DNA of 20,464 nucleotides from an uncultured Oligoflexus sp. GTDB lineage: Bacteria; Bdellovibrionota_B; Oligoflexia; Oligoflexales; Oligoflexaceae. Under the pieces are notes generated by a model. It worked only from the letters and a program-made list of their open reading frames with translations, was not told the DNA's origin and did no database searches. Of this stretch, positions 17,610-20,464 are shown in pieces (the first letter of the stretch is position 1; every line of letters starts with the position of its first letter). The stretch spans positions 43,453 to 63,916 of the forward strand of contig CAXSGP010000013.1 of NCBI GenBank assembly GCA_964236955.1, read 5' to 3'. Position numbers and translations under genes: made by a program.

Positions 17610-17682
17610 GGCCTGCGACATCATGAACGTGAAAAATTCCGGGATTGGTGAAGTCCCAGAGGCTGCGTTTGATTATTGATCA

Positions 17683-17713
17683 GAAGTGGCCTTGGATAGG
17701 CTAAGGCCACTTC
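17683..17713. terminator. strong hairpin between convergent genes (probably a bidirectional terminator)
   Basis: GAAGTGGCCTT (17683-17693) / AAGGCCACTTC (17703-17713), a perfect 11-bp stem followed by CCTTTCT on the + strand. Confidence 0.75.
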
Positions 17714-17734
17714 CCTTTCTCATTGATCCTTCCC

Positions 17735-18784
17735 TTATGGAACGATACTTACGTCCGGGTCGGCTCCGGAAAAGTTCGCATCAAAACTGCAAGCGGAAGG
17801 AAGGTTTTCCACTCTACTCCCATTGGTTGAGATAGCGCCGCCGATGCTAAGGGGTGTGGCTTCACCGTAGGGCGTACTGGCATCGGCAGTGGCTTGGTTT
17901 TGAAGAAATGCGCATTTTCCTTCGCCGGCACGGCTAACAACAAGCGATCCGCCGTAGCTGGAAACAGCGCCTCCCTTGGCATTTGCCCAAGCGCCGCCTG
18001 AGGGCATGGGGTGGAAGCCGGAATTTGCTGAGGATTTGGCGGTATTGTGACGAAAGACCACCATACCGTCGAGCATAAGGTTACCAGTGGAATCGATGGC
18101 TCCGCCACTGGCGTTGGCGGTCGTAAAAGATGCGGTCGATGCGATGGCTATGGCTTCATTGTCTTCGAACAAAGTACCATCGCCCAGGATAAGACGACCA
18201 CCATTGGCAATAGCACCACCGCCACAGGTCGCGAAAGCTGTCATGGCTCCCGATCCGAAACAGAGCGATTTGTTAGAACGGAATATTGCGCCGCGTATCG
18301 TGAGGTCTCCACTGTTTTGAATGGCTCCTCCAAATTGCGAACTGAAATTGCTGATCACCACATTTTCAAGATCGAGCTTGGCACCCGCATCAAGCTGAAA
18401 GAGGCGCTCGCCCCCATTACCCGTAATGGTCTGCATTCCATCCTGGCCCCTGATGGTCAAACGGGATTGCCCGTCGGATGGGGCCACCAGAATTTGGCCC
18501 TGATCGATGACCGATTCTACGGCCAGAACGATAGTGGACTCGCCCCCAAGGCGCTGCGCTTCTGCTACCGCAGAACGCAGATTACACTGACCGCCCGCCC
18601 GTCCGCAATTCCCTGAGCTGGAGTCCGCAGACTGATCGACCACCAGCTGACGATCCCTCAAACTTGTATTTCTTTCTGCAGACGTCAAGGTAAAAACAGC
18701 AGATTCCGGCAATCGCGTTTGGGCGAATGCGCAGAGATTCATCAGCAGCGCTCCTGAAACCATTCCGATACTTAAACTATTCAT
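17735..18784 (-). CDS. secreted CSLREA-like / polymorphic-membrane-protein-repeat beta-helix protein
   Basis: Start moved to ATG 18784 (GAGGA RBS), 349 aa; signal peptide ending AFA; CNLRSAVAEA (CSLREA-like); alternating GGAI/GGAV and FxxN motifs (FRSN, FEDN, FRHN, FLQN, FDAN). Confidence 0.82.
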   Translation of the reverse strand: MNSLSIGMVSGALLMNLCAFAQTRLPESAVFTLTSAERNTSLRDRQLVVDQSADSSSGNCGRAGGQCNLRSAVAEAQRLGGESTIVLAVESVIDQGQILVAPSDGQSRLTIRGQDGMQTITGNGGERLFQLDAGAKLDLENVVISNFSSQFGGAIQNSGDLTIRGAIFRSNKSLCFGSGAMTAFATCGGGAIANGGRLILGDGTLFEDNEAIAIASTASFTTANASGGAIDSTGNLMLDGMVVFRHNTAKSSANSGFHPMPSGGAWANAKGGAVSSYGGSLVVSRAGEGKCAFLQNQATADASTPYGEATPLSIGGAISTNGSRVENLPSACSFDANFSGADPDVSIVP

Positions 18785-19250
18785 AGTTGATTCCTCGGTT
18801 GGAAGCAGTGCCGTCCCAACTTTGCCATGACCATCCCACCCCCGAACTGCCAAGGCGTGTTCCCACGGCCAACGACGTTCAACGATGTCCATTGATCAGA
18901 GCCTTGCCGGGCAGCACCCCTTCATTAAAAAATCGTCCATTACTTAAATAAACGCATCCATCATGGACTACGTTGAAAGTAGATATTGCTGTCTCCATAA
19001 GGACCGGTGAGAATAAAGCCGGCGAAAGCATCACCCCACTGATTGGCCACATTAACGGCCGAACCGCCATACATGCCAGTCGAACTGTAGTTATATTCTC
19101 CTTTTTGATTGGCGTCTTCTTCCCACCAGTAGCGAAGATCAGGCCTAGAACTGCCGCCGGGCTGCACGGTAATTATACGAGTCTCTTGGGCCAAGCTGCC
19201 CCTGAACTCGTGATAATGGTAAAAGTTACAGCTATTAAAATCTTCTTCAT
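18781..19250 (-). pseudogene. frameshifted gene for a ~155-aa secreted protein
   Basis: ATG 19250 has an AAGGA RBS and encodes a signal-like MKKILIAVTFTIITSSGAAW. Coding sense continues through three single-base shifts (about 19191, 18975 and 18918) and ends in a TGA overlapping the next ATG (ATGA at 18784-18781). Confidence 0.55.
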
Positions 19251-19657
19251 GGGTACTTCCTTTGGAACATTTGCATCATACTTGGCCAAATTGCAGCCAA
19301 AACGATAAATTATGAAGGTCCATGCTCGCATGATCTTTGCTTAGCTCAGTATGTCTTTGATAATCTCAGAAAAACATCCCTCACAAGCCCGGACTAGCGT
19401 ATCAATCACTTGTTGCAAAAAGCGGGCTCAAAGCCATTGCTTTAGAAAAAATTTCGTAACAGGGACATTCAATCACAGCGTGATGACAGTTAGAAGGAAG
19501 AGTTAATAATTTTAGATTAAGAGTAGTATACTTTTGCAAGTGCAGAGACAGGACTGAAAATGGACCGTAGGTTCATGCACGGCTAAAAATCGTGGGTGCT
19601 TGTCACAGAGTTAAGAATGCGCGTTTTGGTAAGCGTTTACTTTATTAAAGGCATAGG

Positions 19658-19890
19658 CTATTTGTCCAAGCTCCTAAAAAGGTAAGACGAGTCCGACAAG
19701 GTTAAATTCGAGGCGGCTTCTCTTATGCGCATGATCGTTTGGCGAGTCGTTTTGAAGTCGTGTGCGAGTCCGGCAATGGAAATGCCCGCGTTCAGCCTCT
19801 TCATCACCGCCGTACTTTGTTGTGCATTGAGGGCTGGGGGCCTACTCAACTGTTTGTCTATTTTCTACCTGATGCTATGAGCGTTCACAG
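19658..19890 (-). pseudogene. remnant of a serine recombinase (resolvase/invertase) C-terminal HTH
   Basis: R*KIDKQLSRPPALNAQQSTAVMKRLNAGISIAGLAHDFKTTRQTIMRIRE matches the 'AK..GK.LGRP...HTH' tail of resolvases. There is an in-frame stop upstream and no catalytic domain. Confidence 0.7.
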
Positions 19891-20228
19891 TATTTGCGGG
19901 ACTAATGCGCACGTTCACTGCGGGTGAGGACAAGGCAACTTAGCCTCGTCCTAATTGGTACTTACAATTGATCCACTTGAGCCATGGTAGATCTAAAGAC
20001 TTCCCGGTATTCAAGCTCCGACATGCCGATCTCGTTGGCAACGAGACCCTGCCTCATAAGCTCTCTTAGCGCCTCTGCTAGAGGGGTTCGCCAAGGAGCT
20101 TAATTCCATCCTTCAAATGGTCCGGGGCATAGCCGCCACGAGAAGGATAGCCACTGAGATGTAAACCTTCCGTCCTAGAAATCGAAGTTGCGGCGGAGTC
20201 ATTCGACGACGCCAATCGTCACGCTGGC

Positions 20229-20363
20229 TTATTTTTGGTAGACACGAACCCAATCAACAAGCATGGCTTTAGGCCAAATATTGGGATCGATCCCCTTGGC
20301 TCCACCCCAATCTCCGCCGACCGCAAGGTTAAAGATGATGTAGAAGTATTTATTGAAGAGCAT
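20229..20363 (-). pseudogene. C-terminal fragment of a GH16 (laminarinase-like) glycoside hydrolase
   Basis: Manual translation MLFNKYFYIIFNLAVGGDWGGAKGIDPNIWPKAMLVDWVRVYQK* matches the GH16 C-terminus (F.KPFY.I.NLAVGG.W...M.VDYVRVYQ). An in-frame TAG lies two codons upstream and no catalytic EIDIME is visible. Confidence 0.8.
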
Positions 20364-20440
20364 AGCCTAGACTTTCAAAAAATATGCTATGAATAAAGGA
20401 AGACAAAAAGAACTCAACCCATCATCCACTAAGGATTGCA

Positions 20441-20464
20441 ATGAAGCAGCTTATCGCCTGGTAT
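20441..20464 (+). CDS. possible start of a gene running off the window (MKQLIAWY...)
   Basis: AAGGA lies 5 nt before the ATG and the start looks like a signal peptide; only 8 codons are visible. Confidence 0.25.

Noticed and set aside
1..20464. CRISPR array, tRNA/rRNA genes or an intact IS element
   Set aside because: No regularly spaced repeats, cloverleaf/T-loop motifs, transposase ORF or terminal inverted repeats were seen by eye.

Overview
Bacterial chromosomal window, mostly moderately GC-rich with an AT-richer, decayed right end. The gene content is suggestive of Oligoflexia/Bdellovibrionota or a relative (inference only). Left arm, minus strand: a membrane-anchored protein with two degenerate receiver + PilZ-like units, a large exported TPR protein and a TPR lipoprotein resembling the gliding proteins GltD/AgmU and GltE/AglT, a bifunctional homocysteine S-methyltransferase/MTHFR (yitJ-like), and the 5' part of a gene resembling a PilT N-terminal domain. 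Divergent from these is a stand-alone motA-motB pair, preceded by a conspicuous ~130-nt structured leader and followed by an overlapping Cys-rich lipoprotein gene. Then come a 5-TM/alpha-carbonic anhydrase fusion, an EamA/YedA transporter, mqo, a membrane-anchored protein with vitellogenin/MTP-like (LLTP) motifs, and a secreted CSLREA/GGAI-FxxN beta-helix protein. The right end is a mosaic of a triply frameshifted secreted-protein gene, a resolvase HTH remnant and a GH16 C-terminal fragment. Best candidates for new biology are the motAB-centred divergent locus with its RNA leader and accessory proteins, and the LLTP-like protein. All family assignments come from reading motifs by eye; no searches were run.
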